A stretch of DNA of 64,000 nt. Source: a virus (lineage: Duplodnaviria; Heunggongvirae; Uroviricota; Caudoviricetes). The position numbers were made by a program, and so were the translations under genes. The stretch is taken from the IMG/VR virus record IMGVR_UViG_3300042875_000419. One strand, given 5' to 3'. Under the pieces are notes generated by a model. The model was not told the DNA's origin and did not search any database. It saw only the letters and a program-made list of their open reading frames with translations. This document shows positions 50,906-57,648 of the stretch, piece by piece (the first letter of the stretch is position 1; the number at the start of each line of letters is the position of its first letter).

Positions 50906-51321
50906 AGTTTTTCCACAATAATTTTATTTCCAAAATCTTCGCCAAATGAGATATTCTCATGGTAAACCTTCACTAACCCTTTACGGGAGAGTCCTTCAAT
51001 AGCAAGGAAACCACAGAATGAATTCATACGGAGTGTAATCCCATCGGAGTCTTGTGATTGTTCGAGGCCTTCACCGGTGGCTAGCATCTCCGAAATCAAT
51101 AGAATTTCCGAAAGGCGTGGGTTTTCCTCATTATCGGCAATTTTTAGAAGTGCATCTACATCCGAATCCGTGAGTGCCTTTAGAAAATCACCTGGTCGAA
51201 TATAACCAGACTCAGAGAGGTCCATTGCCAGTGTACGGGTAATGGGTAGAAAGTCCTTCGCCCTCATCACATTATCATATGAAATGACAATCGGACCATC
51301 TTCAAAATCAAAATCATCCAT
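50902..51321 (-). CDS. Hypothetical protein (139 aa).
   Basis: ORF with overlapping junctions. Confidence 0.4.
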   Translation of the reverse strand: MDDFDFEDGPIVISYDNVMRAKDFLPITRTLAMDLSESGYIRPGDFLKALTDSDVDALLKIADNEENPRLSEILLISEMLATGEGLEQSQDSDGITLRMNSFCGFLAIEGLSRKGLVKVYHENISFGEDFGNKIIVEKL

Positions 51322-51332
51322 AATATACTCCT

Positions 51333-51563
51333 TTAAATAACTTTACCGAGAATGCCGTAAATCAATTGGTCTAGTTCAGATTGATAATCGTTACCAATCC
51401 TACGCTTTTCATAGAGTGACTGGAGAACCTCTTTCATTTTATCACCATCAACAAAATTTAGATTATAGTCCTTACCCCGTTTTTCCAGTTCGGTAATAAG
51501 TTCATCATCAGAGAGTTCATCAAGAATATCCTCAGAATCAACATAGGTGTTTACGTACGGCAT
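51333..51563 (-). CDS. Hypothetical protein (76 aa).
   Basis: ORF only. Confidence 0.35.
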   Translation of the reverse strand: MPYVNTYVDSEDILDELSDDELITELEKRGKDYNLNFVDGDKMKEVLQSLYEKRRIGNDYQSELDQLIYGILGKVI

Positions 51564-51973
51564 TATGCATTCTCCTTTTCAGTGCAAAATTTAGTGAATT
51601 GAACCCATGGACCAGTAAACAGGTGCTCACGTTCCCAACCAAAAACGGTGATACGGTCGGAGTAAATGTGGTATTCATATTCTTGACCACAATCATCGGA
51701 TGAAACTGGGTAGAGATAGAAACCACCAGCACCAACTTTAAAATGTGCTACCAATTGGGCGGCTAAGCAACCCATGCCATTAGCCAGTTTCCGTGTATCA
51801 CCAACAGGAATACCATTGGTGATGGCTTCAAACTGATTCAAGAATGCGGATAGTTCGGAGCCATGACCAGTTGGGTAGCCGTCAAACTGGCGGTACATAT
51901 TGATAATAGGCTCAGGACCAGTGGTAGAGCCATAATGGTCGGTATAAACAAAAGTGAGTGAACGTGTACCCAT
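51563..51973 (-). CDS. Hypothetical protein (136 aa).
   Basis: ORF only. Confidence 0.4.
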   Translation of the reverse strand: MGTRSLTFVYTDHYGSTTGPEPIINMYRQFDGYPTGHGSELSAFLNQFEAITNGIPVGDTRKLANGMGCLAAQLVAHFKVGAGGFYLYPVSSDDCGQEYEYHIYSDRITVFGWEREHLFTGPWVQFTKFCTEKENA

Positions 51974-52211
51974 GAGATTTCCTTTTCAAGTGTTTGTGTG
52001 TCTATTGTACCAGAGTCCTTGGTACTTGGCAAGTCAGCTAGAAGTTCTCATTTATTGAATGATTCAATCCATGCAACCAGAACCTTCCTAGCTTCGGTGC
52101 GAGAAATACCGAATTCAGTTTCCAGATACGGTGCCGCACCCCACATATTGGTGGCACCAGAATCCCGTAGTGCAACGAGATAATCAAAATATTCTTTAGT
52201 TTGTTCGTCCA

Positions 52212-52442
52212 TCATTCAATCCCAAAATGTTTTTTTACGTCTGCAATACACCTACGGACTTCCATGTCCTCACGGTTCAAATCACCCATGAACCGTTTTT
52301 GTAGGACGGAGATAGTTTCTTTGAGAATTAACTCGGCGAACTCTTTATCATAATCGTATCGGCGACCAAAAGAAGAATGTGGATTCCTCTCCATGTGGTT
52401 CATGTATGCAATATTTGAAAGTTCTTTCATTATTTCATTCAT
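52212..52442 (-). CDS. Small protein (76 aa). Paralog of the next gene.
   Basis: Shares MNE... start, (E/K)FAELI(L/V) and a C-terminal KKHFGIE / MKHFGVEE with 52439..52633. Confidence 0.4.
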   Translation of the reverse strand: MNEIMKELSNIAYMNHMERNPHSSFGRRYDYDKEFAELILKETISVLQKRFMGDLNREDMEVRRCIADVKKHFGIE

Positions 52443-52633
52443 TCTTCAACTCCAAAATGTTTCATAAGAGCCTGATATCCAGTTGGACTAGCAGTTGCTT
52501 TACTAACAACATTGACACATTCCCGAACAATCAACTCGGCGAATTTTTTGCAAAATTCATCAGGAATGTTCCAAGGACCAGAGGGCATGTCTTCAACAGC
52601 CTTATCAGCAAGTTCTAGAATTCGTTCGTTCAT
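52439..52633 (-). CDS. Small protein (64 aa from the internal Met; AGGAG RBS). Paralog of 52212..52442.
   Basis: Internal start MNERILELADKAV preceded by taatAGGAGtatataaaATG. The longer track ORF would overlap the upstream gene. Confidence 0.4.
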   Translation of the reverse strand: MNERILELADKAVEDMPSGPWNIPDEFCKKFAELIVRECVNVVSKATASPTGYQALMKHFGVEE

Positions 52634-52647
52634 TTTATATACTCCTA

Positions 52648-52887
52648 TTAATAACGGTAAGCCGAGAATGTTTTTGCATCCTTCATGAGACAATATGATG
52701 CACGGTTCATCCAAGAATCATTCCTCCGATGGGAACGTGGACCACGGTAACGGATTTTGTATTTACCGGGGTAATAGGACCGAAACTCATCCAGGAGATG
52801 AACTGGTATGTTAGTGAACACTGCGGCAGTATCTCTCCGTGACCAGAAACGGAAAACTTCATGCGCCATAATAATTCTCCATTTCAA
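52648..52887 (-). CDS. Hypothetical basic protein (79 aa).
   Basis: ORF only. Confidence 0.3.
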   Translation of the reverse strand: MKWRIIMAHEVFRFWSRRDTAAVFTNIPVHLLDEFRSYYPGKYKIRYRGPRSHRRNDSWMNRASYCLMKDAKTFSAYRY

Positions 52888-53001
52888 ATTTAGTGAAGTT
52901 TACATATTCTTCAGCATCAGAGAGAGTATAGAATGCTTCAAGAAAAGTACCAGAATAGAATACTTCATAGAGAAAACCAAATTTTTCAGATATAACAAAC
53001 A

Positions 53002-53223
53002 TTATTCTTCCTCATTTTCATCAACGGTTGCAAAGAGTTTAGCACCTTCGTCCATAAAGACAGAAAACGCTTCCATAGTCTTTTCAGAATAGACCATACG
53101 ACCATGTTTCTGAATGTCCTGTAAGACTTCAAGAAAACCAATAGAGAGAAAGTTCCGTTCCTTTTCGAGGATAGAAATCGCAGTAGTAATTTTCATATTA
53201 AACCTCATAAACAGTTTGTTCAA
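53002..53223 (-). CDS. Hypothetical protein (73 aa).
   Basis: ORF only. Confidence 0.35.
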   Translation of the reverse strand: MNKLFMRFNMKITTAISILEKERNFLSIGFLEVLQDIQKHGRMVYSEKTMEAFSVFMDEGAKLFATVDENEEE

Positions 53224-53389
53224 GAGCAGGATAAACCGCTTGAAATGTCATTCCGTTAGTATTAGAATAACGGAGTTTCAAGAATGCACGAACCTTGGAA
53301 ACTGATTCAAAATAACCAGTAGCTTCAATGAATGAACCGTCAAAATAAACAGAGTATTGTTTCATAAAAAAGTCCTTGTTGTGTTTCAA
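53198..53389 (-). CDS. Hypothetical protein (63 aa).
   Basis: ORF directly downstream of promoter copy 53398-53425. Confidence 0.35.
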   Translation of the reverse strand: MKHNKDFFMKQYSVYFDGSFIEATGYFESVSKVRAFLKLRYSNTNGMTFQAVYPALEQTVYEV

Positions 53390-53397
53390 TAGAGAGA

Positions 53398-53425
53398 ATT
53401 ATACAGGTTCCGTAGAGAATGGCAA
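53398..53425 (-). promoter_or_regulatory. Sigma70-type promoter module copy (TTGCCA-N16-TATAAT, minus strand).
   Basis: Reverse complement reads TTGCCATTCTCTACGGAACCTGTATAAT. The CCGGTCAAGTATTG element lies nearby at 53451-53464. Confidence 0.5.
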
Positions 53426-53588
53426 CCTACTAGAAAAGTTCTCCATCCGTCCGGTCAAGTATTGAGAAATAAGAATTTGAATAAATGGTAAAATATGGGA
53501 ATTATAAAGATTGTCCACATGAATACAAAAAGAAAAATGAAAACCGCTTTAAGTATATTAAGTATAAAGCCAAAAAAATCAAACATAA

Positions 53589-53849
53589 TTACCGCTTATA
53601 ATGAACAGGGCGCTCATAACGACCATCAGAATCCCGATAGAGAGAAACATAATGACCGTGCTTTGAACCATCATCAAAAGTATATGAGAAAGAAGAATCG
53701 TAAGAGAGCGGAGGGAAGTTAAGTTCCCAAGATTCCAATAATCCTTCTGATTCTAATGCAGAATTCAGAGTGGGAAAATAGTTTTGTTTTGAAACTTTAT
53801 ACATTGAATAAATCTCCATACATTTCTTCATCAAACGAATCAAAATCAT
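53589..53849 (-). CDS. Hypothetical protein (86 aa).
   Basis: ORF. Preferred over the overlapping plus ORF 53495..53722. Confidence 0.35.
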   Translation of the reverse strand: MILIRLMKKCMEIYSMYKVSKQNYFPTLNSALESEGLLESWELNFPPLSYDSSFSYTFDDGSKHGHYVSLYRDSDGRYERPVHYKR

Positions 53850-54039
53850 TCCGAATCCATTCGATGGTGTATCCGTTCAGTGCATAGTTATCAGCCATAG
53901 CCTGGAGACGGCGGAGGGCTTGTTCAGCATTCAGACCCATGCTTGCCATTAGGCTCAGGTTGCTCCAGTGAGCAAAGTTATTGGAGTCCTTATGTGCGGA
54001 GACTTGAATGAATTGTTTGGGTGTGTTTGTTTGTGTCAT
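53797..54039 (-). CDS. Hypothetical protein (80 aa). First gene downstream of the DnaA-box/promoter region.
   Basis: ATG at 54039 lies 7 nt downstream of the TATAAT at 54047-54052. Confidence 0.4.
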   Translation of the reverse strand: MTQTNTPKQFIQVSAHKDSNNFAHWSNLSLMASMGLNAEQALRRLQAMADNYALNGYTIEWIRNDFDSFDEEMYGDLFNV

Positions 54040-54046
54040 GGATGGT

Positions 54047-54074
54047 ATTATAGCGGTACTGGTAGGAATGGCAA
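54047..54074 (-). promoter_or_regulatory. Sigma70-type promoter module copy (TTGCCA-N16-TATAAT, minus strand) with the DnaA-box array 45-90 bp upstream.
   Basis: Reverse complement reads TTGCCATTCCTACCAGTACCGCTATAATACCATCCATG. Confidence 0.55.
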
Positions 54075-54118
54075 TGGAATATTTTGCGGAAAACTTCGTC
54101 TGTTGTATAAAAGAGACT

Positions 54119-54161
54119 GTGGATAAGTGTGTGGATAAGTTGTGGATAAGTTGTGGATATC
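54119..54161. promoter_or_regulatory. Array of four co-oriented DnaA boxes with 11-12 bp phasing. Three are perfect TGTGGATAA (i.e. TTATCCACA); the fourth is TGTGGATAT.
   Basis: ctgTGTGGATAAgtgTGTGGATAAgtTGTGGATAAgtTGTGGATATc, read directly from the sequence. Confidence 0.6.
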
Positions 54162-54485
54162 TTTGAGGACCTTAATAACTGACCAGTCAGTCAGTAGGTC
54201 GCTGGATGTGTCGCGGTGTGTCGGAAGTGTTGGGTTGCTATTTAGTCTTAGTTGCTGGCTGCCAACGCCTGAAAATTTCACAGAGTGTCTCAGAGGTGAC
54301 AGCACGTTTCCGCACGTTCCAATGGGTTCCAGTGGGTTCCAGCACGGTTTGGAATGTTTTGCTCTGTGTGGGTCTCAGAATGTCTCAGAGTGGTGCTGGA
54401 TGCCCATTGGAAAACCATCAGGCAGCCTCTACGTCCACCCCCAGTCTTGCTGTTCGAACCAATGGATCCATTGTACTCTAAAAAA

Positions 54486-54518
54486 GACCACCTGGCAACC
54501 ACCAGGTGTCTCATCTAC
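54486..54518 (-). terminator. Rho-independent terminator (7-bp stem cacctgg/ccaggtg, loop caacca, T-run on the minus strand) ending the minus early operon of the GC-rich island.
   Basis: aaaaaagaccacctggcaaccaccaggtg, 7 nt downstream of the stop at 54525. Confidence 0.6.
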
Positions 54519-54524
54519 GCAACA

Positions 54525-54746
54525 TCACTCCTCTTCGGAGAATCCTTCAATCAGCACTATTTGGTCCTCATAATAGTTCCGTTCCTCCTCCATGCACAGG
54601 TTGCCCTCGACCTCGAACACCAGGTCCGTGGCTGTCTTTTCGTCACATCCAGTGGAGGTCATAACGAATTGAATAATGTCCTCAAACGTATCACCATTGG
54701 TGATGCACGATTCGATATCGATAATCAAGTCTTTAAATTTGCTCAT
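54525..54746 (-). CDS. Small acidic protein (73 aa).
   Basis: ORF in the GC-rich island. Confidence 0.4.
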   Translation of the reverse strand: MSKFKDLIIDIESCITNGDTFEDIIQFVMTSTGCDEKTATDLVFEVEGNLCMEEERNYYEDQIVLIEGFSEEE

Positions 54747-54870
54747 TAGTCGCTTTCATTTTGTGTGTGGTGCGGGCGGTGAATGTAATATCAGGAATTT
54801 TATGCTCTCTCCGAGCCAACCAATTCACCATATACTTCCAACCAAATGCTTGAGTGTTTGTCATAATCAT
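54733..54870 (-). CDS. Small protein (45 aa) with AAAGGA RBS. The track ORF start at 54930 was rejected.
   Basis: ctataAAGGAatgattATG. The longer ORF overlaps the ATPase gene. Confidence 0.3.
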   Translation of the reverse strand: MIMTNTQAFGWKYMVNWLARREHKIPDITFTARTTHKMKATNEQI

Positions 54871-54886
54871 TCCTTTATAGTAAAAA

Positions 54887-55768
54887 TCAACCGCAGATGG
54901 TGTATTCTGCAAGGTCTTTCCACTTGGCACCAGCAGACTTGCGGATTTTAGTGGTCTGGATGAGTGTACGGAGTGACAACTCTTTCACCTCATCTTGGAG
55001 GTTGTCAATCAGGTCCAGTGCATCGGACTTTTCTGTCTTCGAATACTCAGGCATAAACTCTGGGAGGGACACCAGGTGGCGCATACGCTCCACTTTTTGC
55101 TCCGTTGTCATTGTCAGGTCAACAGCCATCGAACGGGTGATGATGGCTTGGTCCATCGAATCAGAGGACAGGTTAGAGATAAACACCACCCGGCCTTTGA
55201 ATTCAAAGGATTGTGGGAGTTCGTCATCCTTCATGTCGGCACGCCATGAGATGACACGGCGGGAGTAGGAGTCCAGAGCACCTTTGAGCAGGTTCAGAGA
55301 CACTGGATCCTTCAGCACCGAGTCGCAGTCGTCAAAAACAACCACGCCGTCCTTGTTTTCATACAGTGTACGGTACAGGCCCTTTGGAGTGGAGTAGCCC
55401 TTGATAACACGGTAGGACTTGGTGGTGTTGATTTTGCCACCGACCTCGAATTCATCCAGGAGGGTGACATCCTTCATGCCGGCATCATTCAGTGCCTTGG
55501 TGACGGTATGGGACTTGCCGAGACCACCGGGACCAGATACAACCACCGAGGACTGGTCACCTTTCACCAACATGGCGACCATGTCGGAGACAAAGCCGAA
55601 CCGCTGGTTGATGGTGAAGCGGGACTCCTTGACATTGACAGGAGCACCACCGGTGGCACCTGTAGCCTTGCGGATCACATAGTCCATGTGTTCCTTTTTG
55701 GCACGCTTGACCACCTTGCCATTGATGTTGGCAACGTATTTACCACCGACAAACTTCACTTCAATCAT
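54887..55768 (-). CDS. P-loop NTPase (AAA+/RecA-like core, 294 aa from Met 55768), possibly replication-associated.
   Basis: Walker A VVVSGPGGLGKSHTV, Walker B VVVFDDCD, sensor-like VVFISNL. The true start is inferred because promoter copy 55838-55866 lies inside the longer track ORF. RBS GAAAGGAAAA. Confidence 0.5.
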   Translation of the reverse strand: MIEVKFVGGKYVANINGKVVKRAKKEHMDYVIRKATGATGGAPVNVKESRFTINQRFGFVSDMVAMLVKGDQSSVVVSGPGGLGKSHTVTKALNDAGMKDVTLLDEFEVGGKINTTKSYRVIKGYSTPKGLYRTLYENKDGVVVFDDCDSVLKDPVSLNLLKGALDSYSRRVISWRADMKDDELPQSFEFKGRVVFISNLSSDSMDQAIITRSMAVDLTMTTEQKVERMRHLVSLPEFMPEYSKTEKSDALDLIDNLQDEVKELSLRTLIQTTKIRKSAGAKWKDLAEYTICG

Positions 55769-55837
55769 AATTTTCCTTTCAATTGCAATACCATGTTGAA
55801 AAACACCACCGGGAGAGGTGCTTTTGAATATGGTATC

Positions 55838-55866
55838 GATTATACCAGAACCAGCAGGTTCTGGCA
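55838..55866 (-). promoter_or_regulatory. Sigma70-type promoter module copy (TTGCCA-N17-TATAAT, minus).
   Basis: Reverse complement reads TTGCCAGAACCTGCTGGTTCTGGTATAAT, adjacent to CCGGTCAAGTATTGG. Confidence 0.55.
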
Positions 55867-55887
55867 ACCAATACTTGACCGGACAGG

Positions 55888-56175
55888 TCAACAATCAGCA
55901 TCAAAATCCGCCCACTCTTGGGCTTCGTCCGGCTGACCGTCATCCTCATCCTCGGTCTCCATCTCATCCTCGGTGAGACCTTCCACGAAAACGTCTTCCT
56001 CGGTCAAGGAATCCACGTAGTCGTTAAAACCGCACCGATAGGCTACCGGGTCGACCTCACGCAGGACCTCGGAAGCGGAATAGGTCATTCCGCACAGTTC
56101 CACCGGACCTTCACAGTCGTCCAGCATCTCATCAAACCATGCATGGGCGGTGCGCTCAGATATTAAACGGGACAT
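55888..56175 (-). CDS. Early protein with a strongly acidic C-terminal tail (95 aa).
   Basis: C-terminus EDEMETEDEDDGQPDEAQEWADFDADC. Promoter copy immediately upstream. Confidence 0.45.
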   Translation of the reverse strand: MSRLISERTAHAWFDEMLDDCEGPVELCGMTYSASEVLREVDPVAYRCGFNDYVDSLTEEDVFVEGLTEDEMETEDEDDGQPDEAQEWADFDADC

Positions 56176-56207
56176 TTTCTTTCCTTTTCTTTCACAATAT
56201 GGATTGG

Positions 56208-56235
56208 ATTATACAGGTTCCGGTAGTATTGTCAA
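56208..56235 (-). promoter_or_regulatory. Sigma70 consensus promoter copy (TTGACA-N16-TATAAT, minus).
   Basis: Reverse complement reads TTGACAATACTACCGGAACCTGTATAAT, preceded by CCGGTCAAGTATTGG. Confidence 0.6.
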
Positions 56236-56255
56236 CCAATACTTGACCGGAATGG

Positions 56256-56468
56256 TCAACTATCAAATTCGCAGGACTGGTCCAGGTACAGGCTCAGTTC
56301 CTCGGCTTGGTTCAGGATTCGAGCCACTTCCATGGCCTCATCCTCACATTGGAACCGTTCTACGGACTCGCCAGTGTGGACACCGTTGGACAATGGGGAC
56401 CAGCGGATCACATGGAAGTCCATGGTTTTGTCGTGGTGTTCTACAGTGTAGGTTTTTGTGTTCATCAT
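56256..56468 (-). CDS. Small protein (71 aa from the MM start).
   Basis: ATG 7 nt downstream of the -10 of promoter copy 56475-56502. Confidence 0.35.
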   Translation of the reverse strand: MMNTKTYTVEHHDKTMDFHVIRWSPLSNGVHTGESVERFQCEDEAMEVARILNQAEELSLYLDQSCEFDS

Positions 56469-56474
56469 GTCTTG

Positions 56475-56502
56475 GATTCTACAGGTTCCAGCAGGTTTGG
56501 CA
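56475..56502 (-). promoter_or_regulatory. Promoter module copy (TTGCCA-N16-TAGAAT, minus).
   Basis: Reverse complement reads TTGCCAAACCTGCTGGAACCTGTAGAAT. Confidence 0.45.
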
Positions 56503-56596
56503 ACCATTTTGGATATACTTGACCGGAGTGCTGGGTTATTATTATGACGCCCAGCCTCCACGTCCACCCCGCCTTCCGCTTCGAATCATGGTACCA

Positions 56597-56624
56597 ATTA
56601 TACCAGAACCAGCAGGGAAGGCAA
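56597..56624 (-). promoter_or_regulatory. Promoter module copy (TTGCCT-N16-TATAAT, minus), tandem with the previous copy.
   Basis: Reverse complement reads TTGCCTTCCCTGCTGGTTCTGGTATAAT. Confidence 0.45.
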
Positions 56625-56630
56625 GAGATA

Positions 56631-56655
56631 ACCCAGCCCGTTGCTGGGTTATTAG
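56631..56655 (-). terminator. Hairpin aacccagc-ccgtt-gctgggtt directly after the stop of the acidic protein gene. Putative terminator.
   Basis: 8-bp inverted repeat seen in the sequence. Weak U-tract. Confidence 0.35.
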
Positions 56656-56656
56656 A

Positions 56657-56893
56657 TTAGAACGAATCGATTATTTCCTGAATATCGTCAAAATTCTCAG
56701 AAATAAGAGAACTTTCGTATTCATCGTCTTCTTCATTGTAATCATAATATATCTCGAAGACCGGGGTTTCTAATACTTCTTCATCAATTGGGTGAACATA
56801 GTGTTCAATATAGTATGCAACCTGAACATTGTCAGAATTGAATACAGAATACTCATTACATTCCACACTTGAATACGTTTGTACTACTTTCAT
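56657..56893 (-). CDS. Highly acidic small protein (78 aa).
   Basis: D/E/Y-rich (EEVLETPVFEIYYDYNEEDDEYESSLISENFDDIQEIIDSF). Confidence 0.45.
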   Translation of the reverse strand: MKVVQTYSSVECNEYSVFNSDNVQVAYYIEHYVHPIDEEVLETPVFEIYYDYNEEDDEYESSLISENFDDIQEIIDSF

Positions 56894-56924
56894 TTTTCAC
56901 TTTCGTTTCGTTTACAATGATGTT

Positions 56925-56952
56925 ATTATATCATAGCAGGCCAGAATGGCAA
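56925..56952 (-). promoter_or_regulatory. Promoter module copy (TTGCCA-N16-TATAAT, minus) for the acidic protein gene.
   Basis: Reverse complement reads TTGCCATTCTGGCCTGCTATGATATAAT. Confidence 0.5.
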
Positions 56953-56992
56953 TATAGCACAATAGTTCTCCATTCTTCCGGTCAACTATTGG

Positions 56993-57020
56993 TTGCCATT
57001 CTCGCTGGTTCTGGTACAAT
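56993..57020 (+). promoter_or_regulatory. Promoter module copy (TTGCCA-N16-TACAAT, plus), first of four plus-strand copies. Divergent from copy 56925-56952.
   Basis: CCGGTCAACTATTGG-TTGCCATTCTCGCTGGTTCTGGTACAAT-CCATTCCATG. Confidence 0.55.
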
Positions 57021-57027
57021 CCATTCC

Positions 57028-57228
57028 ATGATAAAATCAATTCAACCAACCGACCGCAAGGTCCAAGCCCAATACCTGCTGGACGGTGTATTGGTTACCA
57101 TTTGCAAGCCTGCCCGCCCCCGTAGGTCGGAACGGACTTGGTCGGCTGGTGCCAAGTATTCGGTCGCCAACCTTGGAGCCAAGGCTGCCACCCTTCGGAA
57201 TGTTGGTCTCTCCCATGCCAAAGGTTGA
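57028..57228 (+). CDS. Small basic protein (66 aa). Its ATG is 7 nt downstream of the -10, so the mRNA may be leaderless.
   Basis: Internal Met of track ORF 56869..57228. Fits exactly between promoter copies. Confidence 0.35.
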   Translation: MIKSIQPTDRKVQAQYLLDGVLVTICKPARPRRSERTWSAGAKYSVANLGAKAATLRNVGLSHAKG

Positions 57229-57256
57229 CCAATCCGGTCAAGTATCCAAAGGATGG

Positions 57257-57284
57257 TTGCCATTCTCGCTGGTTCTGGTACAAT
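57257..57284 (+). promoter_or_regulatory. Promoter module copy (TTGCCA-N16-TACAAT, plus).
   Basis: CCGGTCAAGTATCC...TTGCCATTCTCGCTGGTTCTGGTACAAT-CCATTCCATA. Confidence 0.55.
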
Positions 57285-57315
57285 CCATTCCATAGTAAAT
57301 TGAAAAGGTTGCAAA

Positions 57316-57558
57316 ATGTACCAGCCCCATATAGTCCTCCGGCACTGCCGCTCCTACCTCCGGAAAGCCCGTGGCGGATTCTACGCCGAGGTGTACCATG
57401 GTCAAGAGGCTATTTTCCAGGTGTATGCCGATGGAACGGTGCTTTGGTTGCATCCTTCCCAAGGCTTGGTCCGACCTGAAAATGTAATGGGTGGGCGGCT
57501 CCTCTCCCATGTACGGTACCAAGGTCGGTCCCTCCTGCGGTATCATGGCGTACAATAA
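57316..57558 (+). CDS. Small basic protein (80 aa).
   Basis: ORF downstream of the promoter copy, with leader containing aaaagg. Confidence 0.35.
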   Translation: MYQPHIVLRHCRSYLRKARGGFYAEVYHGQEAIFQVYADGTVLWLHPSQGLVRPENVMGGRLLSHVRYQGRSLLRYHGVQ

Positions 57559-57590
57559 CCCAGCCAGCCGGTCAACTATTCCACGGATGG

Positions 57591-57618
57591 TTGCCATTTC
57601 CTCTGGTTCTGGTATAAT
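57591..57618 (+). promoter_or_regulatory. Promoter module copy (TTGCCA-N16-TATAAT, plus).
   Basis: CCGGTCAACTATTCC...TTGCCATTTCCTCTGGTTCTGGTATAAT. Confidence 0.55.
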
Positions 57619-57648
57619 CCAACCATCAAATCAAGCAAAGGTCAAAAA

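Noticed and set aside
53495-53722. Plus-strand 75-aa K/R/H-rich ORF.
   Set aside because: It overlaps the minus ORF 53589..53849, which fits the local minus-strand gene array. Low-complexity basic composition is typical of AT-rich antisense frames. Not fully excluded.
54048-54573. Several overlapping ORFs on both strands (54048..54305-, 54142..54573+, 54206..54481+, 54290..54514-, 54354..54749+).
   Set aside because: They overlap one another in a GC-rich region that carries the DnaA boxes, promoter, repeats and terminator, and they show no coding-like composition or RBS. Treated as non-coding regulatory or possibly ncRNA sequence.
55419-56175. Plus-strand ORFs 55419..55682, 55508..55936 and 55918..56166 in the GC-rich island.
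   Set aside because: They are antisense to minus-strand genes that have promoters, RBSs and recognisable motifs. High GC lengthens spurious ORFs.
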